From contig NC_086097.1 of NCBI RefSeq assembly GCF_963921235.1, positions 228,038,001 through 228,102,000 on the forward strand: a DNA stretch of 64,000 bases, in the 5' to 3' direction. This DNA is from Mobula hypostoma (Eukaryota). Positions 39,650 to 50,638 of this stretch are shown here, one piece after another; the stretch's first letter is position 1, and every line of letters starts with the position of its first letter. The position numbers were made by a program, and so were the translations under genes. Below the pieces are notes generated by a model that was not told the DNA's origin, did not search any database, and worked only from the letters and a program-made list of their open reading frames with translations.

Positions 39650-40297
39650 TACCCTTCAGCATTCTTTACATTTGCTATAATTCTTTTAATTGATTGAATA
39701 ATCATCCTAACCCCACCCATAGTTACGTTAATGCAGTATACTGTATGCTATATATAATCATTAATATATGATACGAAACTATCATTATAACTAGCTTCAA
39801 AAATGCTTTAAAAATGTATGGGAGAACTTACTTCGTTAGATATTTGTAAGTCAAGTTATTAGTAAACCAGGAAGCACTAGTGTTTGGAGATTCACCAGAA
39901 GTTCTTGCCCCAGGTACTATAGAACTCTGACTCAAGCAGTAGAGCTGATGATATCATTGAGTCCCTGATGCAAATTTAACATGATTACATAGTCAGTATG
40001 TGGTGATGTGTTGCCAGAGCTAACTCAGCACTTCCAAAAAAGAAAGGTTAAGAAATTGAGCTATTTTTGCGACTGTGTGATCTATTGTTGATCCAACTTC
40101 TGAAAATCACAAGGAAGCATTAAATCTCTTTTGCCCTCAACTCCTGCCCAATTCTCATTTATGCCAGCCAGCCTCATACACTTGCCTGACTGCTGAGAAC
40201 CAGACATATGTGTCTCCACCGTTGGTTGCTCACCCTCTGATTTCTGCATAGCTCCCCAGGGTAATCATACTGTGAATAGATGCATTGAGTTATATAC

Positions 40298-42290
40298 AAC
40301 ATAAGAAATAGAAACAGGATCTGACCATGGACTCATCTCCACCTGCCTGCATTTTCACCATAACCCTTAATTCCCTAGTATGCAAAAATCTATCCAGACT
40401 CATCTTAAATCTATTTACTGAGGTAGCCTCTACTGCTTTACTGGGCAGAGAATTCCACAGGAAAGCAGTTCCTCCTCATCTCCATCCTAAATCTACCCCC
40501 CCAATCTTGAGGCTATGTCTTCTAGTTGTAGTCTCACCTACCAGAGGAAACAGCTTTCCTACCTCTATCTTTCCTATCCCTTTTATAATTTTTTAATGTT
40601 TCTATGCGATCTCCTCTAATTCTTCTGAATTCCAGCAAGTACAGTCCCAGGCGACTCAATCTCACCTCATAGTGTAACCCCCTCAACTGTGGAATCAACC
40701 TGGTGAACCTCCTCTGCACCGCCTCCAAAGCCAGTATATTCTTCCTCAAGTAAGGAGACCAGAACTGCACACAGTTCTCCAGGTATGGCCTCTCCAGTAC
40801 CCTGTACAGTTGCAGCATAACCTCCCTGCTCCTAAATTCAATCCCTCTGGTAATGAAGGCCAACACTCCATTTGCCTTCTTGATAGCCTGCAATCCAACC
40901 TGTTGTGATTCATGCACAACCACTCCCAAATCCCTTTGCACAGCAGCGTGCTGCAATTGTTTTACCGTTTAAATAACAATCTTCTCTTTTGTTTACAAAC
41001 CCTTGCCCACTCACTTAACATCTGTATCTCCCTGCAGACTCTCTTTACCTTTGGCACAATTTGCTTTTCCACTTAACTTAGTATCCTCAGCAAACTTAAA
41101 TACACTACACCCAGTCTCCACTTCAAGTTTGTACCACAACTGTAGGCCGTATCTCGGGTAATGATGGGTTTGAGTGCAGAGAGGAAATTTAGAACCTGGT
41201 GGCATGGTGCGAAGACAATAACCCATCCCTCAACGTCAGCAAGACAAAGAAATTGGTTGTTGACTTCAGAAGGAGTAGCGGACTGCATGACCCCATTTAC
41301 ATCAGTGGTGTGCAAGTGGAACAGGTCAAAAGCTTTAAGTTCCTCAGGGTCAATATCACAAATGACCTGACTTGGTCCAACCAAGTAGAGTCCACTGCCA
41401 AGAAGGCCCACCAGCACCTTTACTTACTGAGAAAGCTAAAGAAACTTGGCCTGTCCCCTAAAACCCTCACTAATTTTTATGGATGCACTGTAGAAAGCAT
41501 TCTTCTAGGGTGCATCACAACCTGGTATGGAAGCTGTCCTGTCCAAGACTGGAAGAAGCTGCAGAAGATCGTGAACACAGCCTAGCACATCACACAAACC
41601 AATCTTCTGTTCATGGACTCAATTTACACCGCAAGCCAAGGACAAGGACACGACCCACCCAGCCAATACACTTTTCGTCCCTCTTCCCTTCAGGAGAAGG
41701 CTCAGGAGCTTGAAGACTCGTACGGCCAGATTTGGGAACAGCTTCTTTCCAACTGTGATAAGACTGCTGAACGGATCCTGACCTGGATCTGGGCCGTACC
41801 CTCCAAATATCCAGACCTGCCTCTTGGTTTTTTTGCACTACCTTACTTTCCCTTTTCTATTTTCTGTTTATGATTTATAATTTAAATTTTTAATATTTAC
41901 TATCTATTTGTCCTCCAGGGAGCACGAAGCACAGAATCAAATATCACTGTGATGATTGTACGCTCTAGTATCAATTGTTTGGTGACAGTAAAGTATAAAG
42001 ATTGTTAATGTATATTGTGAACAGTTGCAGGCCCAGCACCAACCCCTGTGGCACACTGCTCACCACTGATTGCCAACCAAAGTAACACCCATCTATCCCA
42101 ACTCTCTGTTTTCTATCAGTTAACCAATCCTCTATCCATGCTAATACATCACCTCCAACTCTATGTATCCTTATCATATGGATAAGTCTTTTATGCAGCA
42201 CCTTGTCGAACGCCTTCTGGAAATCCAGGTAAATTAACATCCATATGCGCCCCTTTATCCACTGCACTCGTTATATCCTCAAAGAATGGA
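40298..42290 (-). mobile_element. CR1 3' half split by a nested Rex element
   Basis: YLDFQKAFDKVLH (41971-42267), then KFAEDTKLSGKANC and [12 protein letters not shown]. Confidence 0.85.
41130..41998 (+). mobile_element. Nested Rex/Babar 3' part
   Basis: WCEDNNPSLNVSKTKKLVVDFRR...FKFLRVNI; tail AGTAAAGTATAAAG. Confidence 0.85.
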
Positions 42291-42384
42291 ATCGGGCCCC
42301 TTTAGCTCAATGTCTCTATGGTGACCAAAATGTATATCTATCCTAATCACGTTGAACTCAATTTGGCCCTATTCCACATAAAGT

Positions 42385-43030
42385 GGATTCCTGAAAGGTT
42401 AATCTTCTGCAGGTTGAGTCAGTGGTGAGGAAGGCATATGCGATGTTCATTTTGAGAGGACCACACATAAAAGTAAGGATGTAATGTCAAAGCACTAGGA
42501 GTATTGTGAGCAGCTTTGGGCCCCTTATCTAAGAAAGGATGTGCTGACATTGGCAAGGATTCAAAGGAAGTTCACAAAAATGGTTCCGGGATTGAAAGGC
42601 TTGTGTTGTGAGGAGCGTTAGATGACTCTGGGCCTCTACTCGCTGGAATTCAGACAAATGAGGGGTGACCTCATTAATACCTATCGAATGTTGAAAGACC
42701 TCGATAGAGTGGATGTGGAGAGGATGTTTCCTAAGGTGGGGCAGTCTAAGACCCAGCCTTGGAGGACACAGCCTCAGAATAGAGGGGTGTCCTTTTAGAA
42801 TAGAGATGAGATGGAACTTCTCTAGACAGAGAATGGTGAATCCGTGGAATTTGTTGCCACATATAGCTATGGAGCAGAAGTTGATGGATTCTTGATTAGT
42901 CAGGGCATGAAGGGTTACGGGAAGAAGGCAGAAGAAAGGGGCTCAGAGGGAAAATGAATCAGATATGTTGAAATGGCAGAGCAGACTCAATGGGCCAAAT
43001 GGCCTTATTCTGCTCCTATATCTTATGGTC
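42385..43030 (+). mobile_element. Degenerate CR1 3' fragment
   Basis: GHSLRIEGCPFRIEMRWNF; CR1 3'UTR and tail. Confidence 0.75.
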
Positions 43031-44099
43031 TAAAGCTTTCTTATTCATATACTTGTCCAAATGTCTTTCAAATGTTGTAATTGTACCTACCTTTACCATC
43101 TTGTCTGGCAATTTATTCTGTATACTCACTCTTTCATCCATATGCCTATATAAGAGACTCTTAAATGTTTCTACTGTTTCAGCCTCTGCCCCCATTCCCA
43201 GAAGTGCATTCCAGGCAGTCTGTGCGTAAAAATATACCTTTTTCCTCTCCCTTCCCACATCTTAAACAGATGCCCTCTGGCGCCAAAAAGATGTTGACGA
43301 GCTAACAAACACTTCTTTGAGGTGTAGGAGGAAGCTGGATTACCTGAGGAATATTTAGAGTGGTCAGTGAGAAGGGTGCAGGCTCCACTCCACACATTGA
43401 AACCCAGGGTCAGTAGCAAATCAAGGTCCCTGAAACTATGGGGCAGCTGCACTAACTATGGTGCCTCTGTGTAAAAGCAGTAGACCATTCCAGCCCTCTT
43501 CTGTCGTTCAATGTGGATACGTTTGATCTCCATGGACCTTTGTGAGCTCTAAGTCTGTGATATTAAATTAAATTGGCAAAATGTTTCATTATTGTCACAG
43601 TGAAAAGCTTGCATACAATCCATATAGATCAATTCATTACAACAGTGTATTCAGGTCAGCAAGTAAATAAATCAAAGAAGGCAGAATAAAGTGTCACATT
43701 GCAGAGGAAGTGCAGTTCAGGTAGATGGTACTATGCAAGATCACAACAAATTTATCCAGCTAATATGGTCAGCTAACTAAATTATATCAACCTCACAGCT
43801 AAAGTTATCGACAAGAGCTCTTTGTGGCAGAGTGTTCCACACTCCTACCACCAGCTGTGCAATGAAGTATTTCCCCCTTCTCCTGAGTGATCGGCGATGA
43901 GCTTTTCAAGACTATTATCAATGAAAAGGTTTCTTTTTAATCACACAAATCATCATCCTGACAAGTGTCAGGCAAATTACTCCTTAACCTGCTGAGTTCT
44001 GTAAATTGTAAACCTAGCGTGGTATATGTTAGAAGTTAACTTATGACTGTGCAGTAACCTTTGAAAAAGGTACAAGAGTTTAAAAATGGATTGGAAGGT

Positions 44100-44413
44100 T
44101 ATGCCTCGTTGTCATTGCTACCATCAGGTAGGAGGTACAGAAGCCTGAAGGCACACACTCAGCGATTCAGGAACAGCTTCTTCCCCTCTGCCATCCAATT
44201 TCTGAATGGACATTGAACCATGAACACTACCTCACTACCTTTTTTGTTTCTATTTTTGCACTGCTTATTTAATTTAACTATTTATTATATGTATACTGCA
44301 CTTACTATAAATTCAAGTTTTTTTTTCTATTATATATTGTATTGTACTGCTGCCACAAAGACAACAAATTTTATAACATATATCGGTGATACTAAACCAG
44401 ATTCTGACTCTGA
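44100..44413 (+). mobile_element. Rex/Babar 3' end, same family as 38365-38985
   Basis: Near-identical 'ggtacagaagcctgaaggcacacactcagcga' segment and (ATTCTG) tail. Confidence 0.8.
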
Positions 44414-45003
44414 TAACAGTTTATTAAAATATTACCATGTCCAAAGATACATGATAGTTTTTTGTTGAATGCTAACAACCCAACATATGATGTGGCAGGT
44501 CCAGCAATGATTTGGAGAAGATGCTTATGTTTTCTGTGCCACCGTAGGAACTATCTGTAAATGTTGTCAGTGGCATGCCTTGTCTCACATAGCTGCAGAA
44601 TTCACTGCAAGGTACAGGGACATTGAATTCCTCCCTTTCAAACAATTAATGAGTTATTCAAAATATTCAATGACCTCTATGAATTTGCTCTTTATATCTT
44701 TGAATTGATAAAAGCATCGTATCACTCTAACTTTCATGAAAGATTAGCAGATGGGCTAAATATCTCAAATCCCACTATGAAATTTAATGAAACAGTGGAC
44801 AATATATGATTGAGCACCCAATATTTCTACTGAAGACTTTTTTGTTTACAAGATTTTGTCAGACGGATATATATTTTAAAACAAAATGACCTTGCATCTA
44901 CTGTCATTTGCAAACATTCAAATTTCCACCAGCCTCTGTGAACCATACCGGAAAGTTCTGGATGAGTTGGCCAAAATCGAGTTAACGGAGAGAAAGCTAA
45001 TAG

Positions 45004-45084
45004 CACACACAAAATGCTGGAGGAATTCAGCATCTATGGAAATAAACAGTCGATGTTTTGGGTCAAGACCCTTCATCAGGACTG
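45004..45084 (-). mobile_element. Short PLE derivative with mutated HHR
   Basis: rc: cagtcCTGATGAagggtcttgacccAAAAcatcgactg (GAAA changed to AAAA). Confidence 0.75.
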
Positions 45085-45299
45085 TTAATTGCATTATTCC
45101 CTTTGCAATCTTCTTGGATAATTGCTGGAGGAATTAGTCCATGTTTTCTAAGATGTTCCTGAGAATCACACTGATAACTCTTTAAAAGCATCCAAACTTT
45201 CTTGTTTTGCTTTTGCGAAGAGCTTAAGAGCGTAATTTTCTCCTTTAGCAACCCAGTCATAAAGGAGGTCTTGCTTTATATAGATGTACTTCTGTAGGT

Positions 45300-45890
45300 G
45301 CACAGTGAAGAGTATTCTAACTGATCACCTCATGGCCTGGTATGGAAACACCAGTGCCCTGGAATGGAAAAGACTACAGAAAGTGGAACGAGCTTCCAGC
45401 AGAAGTGGTTGAGGCAGGTTCGATGTTGTCATTTAAAGTTAAATTGGACAGCTATATGGACAGGAAAGGAATGGAGGGTTATGGACTGAGTGCAGGTTGG
45501 TGGGACTAGGTGAGAGTAAGAGTTCGGCATGGACTAGAAGGGCCGAGATGGCCTGTTTCCGTGCTGTAATTGTTATGTGGTTATAAGTGGTGGATACAAC
45601 CCAGTGCATCACAGACAAGCCCTTCCCACCACTGAGCACTTCAATAAAGCAGCAACCATTATCAAGAACCCCCACCATCTTGGCCCTGCTCTCAACTCAC
45701 CATGGCCATTGGGCGGGAGATACAGGAGCCTTGGGTCCCACACTACCAGGTTCAGGAACACTACAACCATCAGGCTTGCAAACCAGTGTGGATAACTTCT
45801 TTTATCTCAGCTCTGAACTGATTCCATAACTTACAGACTAATGTTCAAGGACTACAACTCATGATCTTGGTATTATTTATTTATTTTTAT
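45300..45890 (+). mobile_element. Rex fragment with nested CR1 3' tail (45387-45584)
   Basis: TSD AAGTGG at 45381-45386 and 45585-45590; Rex sequence continues across the insert. Confidence 0.75.
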
Positions 45891-46131
45891 TTCCACATAT
45901 CCCAAGGCCTTCCACAGATATATTAAGAGCAAGAGAATAGCAAGGGACAAAATCTTCTTGATGATCAGAGTGGCCATCTCTGCATGGAGGTGAAAGAGAT
46001 GGGGGAGACCTAAAGTGGATTTTTTTGTATCTGTAAACAACAGGAATTCTGCAGATGCTGGAAATTCAAGCAACACACATCAAAGTTGCTGGTGAACGCA
46101 GCAGGCCAAGCAGCATCTATAGGAAGAGGCG

Positions 46132-46173
46132 CAGTCGACGTTTCAGGCCGAGACCCTTCGTCAGGACTAACTG
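46132..46173 (-). ncRNA. Minimal type I hammerhead ribozyme
   Basis: Reverse complement of the motif at 48414-48455. Confidence 0.8.
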
Positions 46174-46464
46174 AAGGAAGAGTGAGTAAGGGATTTGAAA
46201 GCTGGAGGGGGAGGGGGAGATGCAAAATGATAGGAGAAGACAGGAGGGGGAGGGATAGAGCCGAGAGCTGGACAGGTGATAGGCAAAAGGGGATACGAGA
46301 GGATCATGGGACAGGAGGTCCGGGACGAAAGACAGGGTGGGGGGGGTGACCCAGAGGATGGGCAAGAGGTATATTCAGAGGGACAGAGGGAGAAAAAGGA
46401 GAGTGAGAGAAAGAATGTGTGCATAAAAATGAGTAACAGATGGGGTACGAGGGGGAGGTGGGGC

Positions 46465-47337
46465 CTAGCGGAAGTTAGAGAAGTCAATGTTCATGCTATC
46501 AGGTTGGAGGCTACCCAGACGGAATATAAGGTGTTGTTCCTCCAACCTGAGTGCGGCTTCATCTTTACAGTAGAGGAGGCCGTGGATAGACATGTCAGAA
46601 TGGGAATGGGATGTGGAATTAAAATGTGTGGCCACTGGGAGATCCTGCTTTCTCTGGCGGACAGAGCGTAGATGTTCAGCGAAGCGGTCTCCCAGTCTGC
46701 GTCGGGTCTCACCAATATATAAAAGGCCACATCGGGAGCACCAGACGCAGTATATCACCCCAGTCGACTCACAGGTGAAGTGATGCCTCACCTGGAAGGA
46801 CTGTTTGGGGCCCTGAATGGTGGTAAGGGAGGAAGTGTAAGGGCATGTGTAGCACTTGTTCCGCTTACACGGATAAGTGCCAGGAGGGAGATCAGTGGGG
46901 AGGGATGGGGGGGACGAATGGACAAGGGAGTTGTGTAGGGAGCGATCCCTGCAGAATGCAGAGAGAGGTGGGGAGGGAAAGATGTGCTTAGTGGTGGGAT
47001 CCCGTTGGAGGTGGCGGAAGTTACGGAGAATAATATGTTGGACCCGGAGGCTGGTGGGGTGGTAGGTGAGGACCAGGGGAACCCTATTCCTAGTGGGGTG
47101 GTGGGAGGATGGAGTGAGAGCAGATGTACGTGAAATGGGGGAGATGCGTTTAAGAGCAGAGTTGATAGTGGAGGAAGGGAAGCCCCTTTCTTTAAAAAAT
47201 GAAGACATCTCCCTCGTCCTAGAATGAAAAGCCTCATCCTGAGAGCAGATGCGGCGGAGACGGAGGAATTGCGAGAAGGGGATGGCGTTTTTGCAAGAGA
47301 CCATCCCCTTCTCGCAATTCCTCCGTCTCCGCCGCAT
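46465..47337 (-). CDS. PLE C-terminal ORF: RT thumb/linker, Cys-rich motif and GIY-YIG endonuclease (RT core absent)
   Basis: IPFSQFLRLRRICS, CKRNKCYTC, GVIYCVWCSRCGLLYIGETRRRLGDRFAEH, RLEEQHLI...MN; open for 290 aa; expression unknown. Confidence 0.7.
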   Translation of the reverse strand: MRRRRRNCEKGMVSCKNAIPFSQFLRLRRICSQDEAFHSRTREMSSFFKERGFPSSTINSALKRISPISRTSALTPSSHHPTRNRVPLVLTYHPTSLRVQHIILRNFRHLQRDPTTKHIFPSPPLSAFCRDRSLHNSLVHSSPPSLPTDLPPGTYPCKRNKCYTCPYTSSLTTIQGPKQSFQVRHHFTCESTGVIYCVWCSRCGLLYIGETRRRLGDRFAEHLRSVRQRKQDLPVATHFNSTSHSHSDMSIHGLLYCKDEAALRLEEQHLIFRLGSLQPDSMNIDFSNFR

Positions 47338-48121
47338 CTGCTCTCAGGATGAGGCTTTTCATTCTAGGACGAGGGAGATGTCTTCATTTTTTAAAGAAAG
47401 GGGCTTCCCTTCCTCCACTATCAACTCTGCTCTTAAACGCATCTCCCCCATTTCACGTACATCTGCTCTCACTCCATCCTCCCACCACCCCACTAGGAAT
47501 AGGGTTCCCCTGGTCCTCACCTACCACCCCACCAGCCTCCGGGTCCAACATATTATTCTCCGTAACTTCCGCCACCTCCAACGGGATCCCACCACTAAGC
47601 ACATCTTTCCCTCCCCACCTCTCTCTGCATTCTGCAGGGATCGCTCCCTACACAACTCCCTTGTCCATTCGTCCCCCCCATCCCTCCCCACTGATAAACC
47701 ACCAGGCACTTATCCGTGTAAGCGGAACAAGTGCTACACATGCCCTTACACTTCCTCCCTTACCACCATTCAGGGCCCCAAACAGTCCTTCCAGGTGAGG
47801 CATCACTTCACCTGTGAGTCGACTGGGGTGATATACTGCGTCTGGTGCTCCCGATGTGGCCTTTTATATATTGGTGAGACCCGACGCAGACTGGGAGACC
47901 GCTTCGCTGAACATCTACGCTCTGTCCGCCAGAGAAAGCAGGATCTCCCAGTGGCCACACATTTTAATTCCACATCCCATTCCCATTCTGACATGTCTAT
48001 CCACGGCCTCCTCTACTGTAAAGATGAAGCCGCACTCAGGTTGGAGGAACAACACCTTATATTCCGTCTGGGTAGCCTCCAACCTGATAGCATGAACATT
48101 GACTTCTCTAACTTCCGCTAG
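47249..48121 (+). CDS. Mirror-image PLE GIY-YIG ORF
   Basis: Same 290-aa sequence except the spacer-encoded residues and one L/K change; expression unknown. Confidence 0.7.
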   Translation: MRRRRRNCEKGMAFLQETIPFSQFLRLRRICSQDEAFHSRTREMSSFFKERGFPSSTINSALKRISPISRTSALTPSSHHPTRNRVPLVLTYHPTSLRVQHIILRNFRHLQRDPTTKHIFPSPPLSAFCRDRSLHNSLVHSSPPSLPTDKPPGTYPCKRNKCYTCPYTSSLTTIQGPKQSFQVRHHFTCESTGVIYCVWCSRCGLLYIGETRRRLGDRFAEHLRSVRQRKQDLPVATHFNSTSHSHSDMSIHGLLYCKDEAALRLEEQHLIFRLGSLQPDSMNIDFSNFR

Positions 48122-48413
48122 GCCCCACCTCCCCCTCGTACCCCATCTGTTACTCATTTTTATGCACACATTCTTTCTCTCACTCTCCTTTTTCTCCCTC
48201 TGTCCCTCTGAATATACCTCTTGCCCATCCTCTGGGTCACCCCCCCCCACTCTGTCTTTCGTCCCGGACCTCCTGTCCCATGATCCTCTCGTATCCCCTT
48301 TTGCCTATCACCTGTCCAGCTCTTGGCTCTATCCCTCCCCCTCCTGTCTTCTCCTATCATTTTGCATCTCCCCCTCCCCCTCCAGCTTTCAAATCCCTTA
48401 CTCACTCTTCCTT

Positions 48414-48455
48414 CAGTTAGTCCTGACGAAGGGTCTCGGCCTGAAACGTCGACTG
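48414..48455 (+). ncRNA. Minimal type I hammerhead ribozyme
   Basis: agtc-CTGACGA-agg(gtctcgg)cct-GAAA-cGTC|gact: both conserved boxes, stem I agtc/gact, stem II agg/cct, palindromic ACGT in place of stem III; predicted cut after 48450. Confidence 0.8.
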
Positions 48456-48589
48456 CGCCTCTTCCTATAGATGCTGCTTGGCCTGCTGCGTTCACCAGCA
48501 ACTTTGATGTGTGTTTTTTGTATCTGTGTTTACTTGGGAGACAATCACTGAGACTATACAAGTGTGACAAAACAGCAGTTAGGTCATGG

Positions 48590-49450
48590 ACTGTAAACAG
48601 ATTTTAGAGGAGGAGGTGCTTGCTGTCTTGAGGCAAATTAGGATGGATAAATCCCCAGTGCCTGACAAGGTGTTCCTCCTGACCAGAAATTGCAGGAGCC
48701 CAAGTAGAGGTACTTGAAACATCCTTTAGCTATGGGTGAGATCCTGGAGGATGAAAAGATAGCTAATGTAGTTCCATTGTTAAAGAAATACTCGAAGAAC
48801 AAACTAGGAAATTGCAGGCTGGTGAGCCTGACACCAGTCTTGGGTAAGTTATTGGTACCATACACAAAATGCTGGAGGAACTCAGCAGGCCAGGTAGCAT
48901 CTATGGAAAAGAGTACAGTCGACATTTCGGGCCGAGACCCTTTGGCAGGACTGAGTGTGGTATGTCATGTCTAACCAATCATATAGAGTTTTTCCAAGAA
49001 GTTACTATGAAAATTGATGTTTTCTACATGGACTTTGACAACGTCCCGCATGGGAGGTTGGCCAAGAAGGTTCAGTTCCTTGGCATTCAAGATGAAGGCA
49101 AGAGTGGTAGTAAATGGTTGCCTCTCTGACTGGAGGCCTGTGACTAGTGCCACAGGGATCAGTGCTGGGTTTGTTCGTCTTTGTCATCTGCATCAATGAG
49201 CTGGATGTTAATGTGGTAAACTGGATCAGCAAATTTGTGGATAACACTGAGGTTGGGGGTGTAGTGGACAGCAGGGAAGACTATCAAAGCTCGTAGCGGG
49301 ATCTGGACCAGATGGAAAAATGTGCTGAAAAATGGCAGATGGAATTTAATGCTGACAAGTGTGAGGTGTGGCGCTTTGGGAGGAAAAACCAGGGTAGGAT
49401 TTACACGGTGAGCGGTAGTGCACTGAGGGGTGCAGTTGAACAGAGGGGGT
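48590..49450 (+). mobile_element. Decayed CR1 RT fragment
   Basis: IANVVPLLKK...NCRLVSLT, CLTNHIEFF, YMDFDNVPHGRL. Confidence 0.75.
48861..48953 (-). mobile_element. Short PLE derivative with degenerate HHR, nested in CR1
   Basis: rc: cagtcCTGCCAAagggtctcggcccGAAAtgtcgactg. Confidence 0.75.
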
Positions 49451-50099
49451 AATGGCAATTTTCCATTGGTCAGAGCATTAAGGAATACCTCCTGCAAACT
49501 TTTATAGTAGCATCTTGAGATGTTTTGCAGCAAGTTGACAGGAGCACCTGAAGAATGTACTTCCAACCATACTCACTATGCATTGCTGCACCAGCTTAGG
49601 CTCTTGTATTCGAGTACCCGGACCAGTGCCAGAGGTATGAACTCAGAGTTGGCAGTGAAGGGCTTGTGGAACTTCTCCACAGAAGAGGTTTATTAGGAAG
49701 CTCAGAGGAGGGTCATGAGGCTGATTTCTGGGAGAGAAATTAGTGGGGTGATCGCATTGAAACATATAAGCTTCTAAGCAGACACGTTAGGGTAAATCTT
49801 GAAATGCTTTGACTAGTAGGGGTGTCCCCATTGACAAGTTAGGGGTCAGTCCATAAAACTGAGATGTTTAGGAATTACAGCTTGAAGGGGGGAATGAATC
49901 TATGGGATTCTCTACCCCTGAAGTTTGTAAAGGTGAGATCACTGGAGTATTTAGAAATAAGGTAGATACATTTTTGAAATATTAAGGAATAGAGGGCGAT
50001 GGGGAACTGACACAAAAAAGGTGATGAGGCTTTGGACAGGTTTGTCTTGATCATATTAAATGGTGATTACTCCTTTTATCTTTGCCACAAAGTCATTGA

Positions 50100-50370
50100 T
50101 AGATACAATACAGGTCCTTTGGTCCATGTCAACTATCATCGTCCCATCATCTCCCCAGCCCGATAGATACCACCACTTGGGGACAATTTACAGAGGTCAA
50201 TTAACCTACTAACTCACAAGTATTTGGGATGTAGGAAGAAACCACAGCATCCAAAGGAAGCCCATGGAGTTGCAGGGGGAACATGCAACAATAGGTAGGA
50301 CCTGAGGTCAGGACAGAACTCAGGTCTCTGGCACTGTAAGGCTGTGGCTCTTCTCACTGCACTGCTCTGC
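50100..50370 (-). mobile_element. Degenerate V-SINE
   Basis: 'ggacaatttacagaggtcaattaacctac...gggatgtaggaagaaacc...acatgcaa'. Confidence 0.65.
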
Positions 50371-50439
50371 TTTTGTGTTATGCCTATGCCTCATAAAAGC
50401 AGCCCAATTTCTGTCCAGTTGATGTTACCATTCCACAAT

Positions 50440-50517
50440 GAGGGGTCCCAACCTTTTTAATGCCGTGGACCAATACCATTAAGCCAGGGGTTTGCGGACC
50501 CCAGGATGGAAACCCCA
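50440..50517. mobile_element. hAT-like MITE, third copy
   Basis: AGGGGTCCCAACC ... GGATGGAAACCCC; internal sequence is the rc of 14570-14650. Confidence 0.75.
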
Positions 50518-50571
50518 CTAGTGCAGTACAACATGAAAACCTGGAGCTGTTCCAGAGTTTTTTGCTTTCAG

Positions 50572-50638
50572 GAATAGTGCAGTCTGGACCAGGTGCTGGA
50601 AGAGTTGGCATCCAGTCACCATAACCAGACAAAAGGAG
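50572..50638 (+). other. Candidate 67-bp exon
   Basis: Acceptor 'gttttttgctttcag|G', strong donor GAG|GTAAGA; one frame open (NSAVWTRCWKSWHPVTITRQKE). Confidence 0.45.

Larger units (their letters stand above)
46035..48513. mobile_element. Penelope-like retroelement (likely Neptune-type) inserted as a fold-back inverted duplication
   Basis: Arms 46072-47285 and 47301-48515 are near-perfect reverse complements with a 15-bp spacer; 14-bp TSD TTTTTTGTATCTGT at 46021-46034 and 48514-48527. Confidence 0.95.

Noticed and set aside
44886..45003. Helical-looking peptide LCEPYRKVLDELAKIELTERKL
   Set aside because: No convincing donor; runs into a PLE fragment
46117..48607. Many additional paired ORFs (149, 131, 123, 79, 63 aa and others)
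   Set aside because: Alternative-frame or antisense shadows of the PLE palindrome
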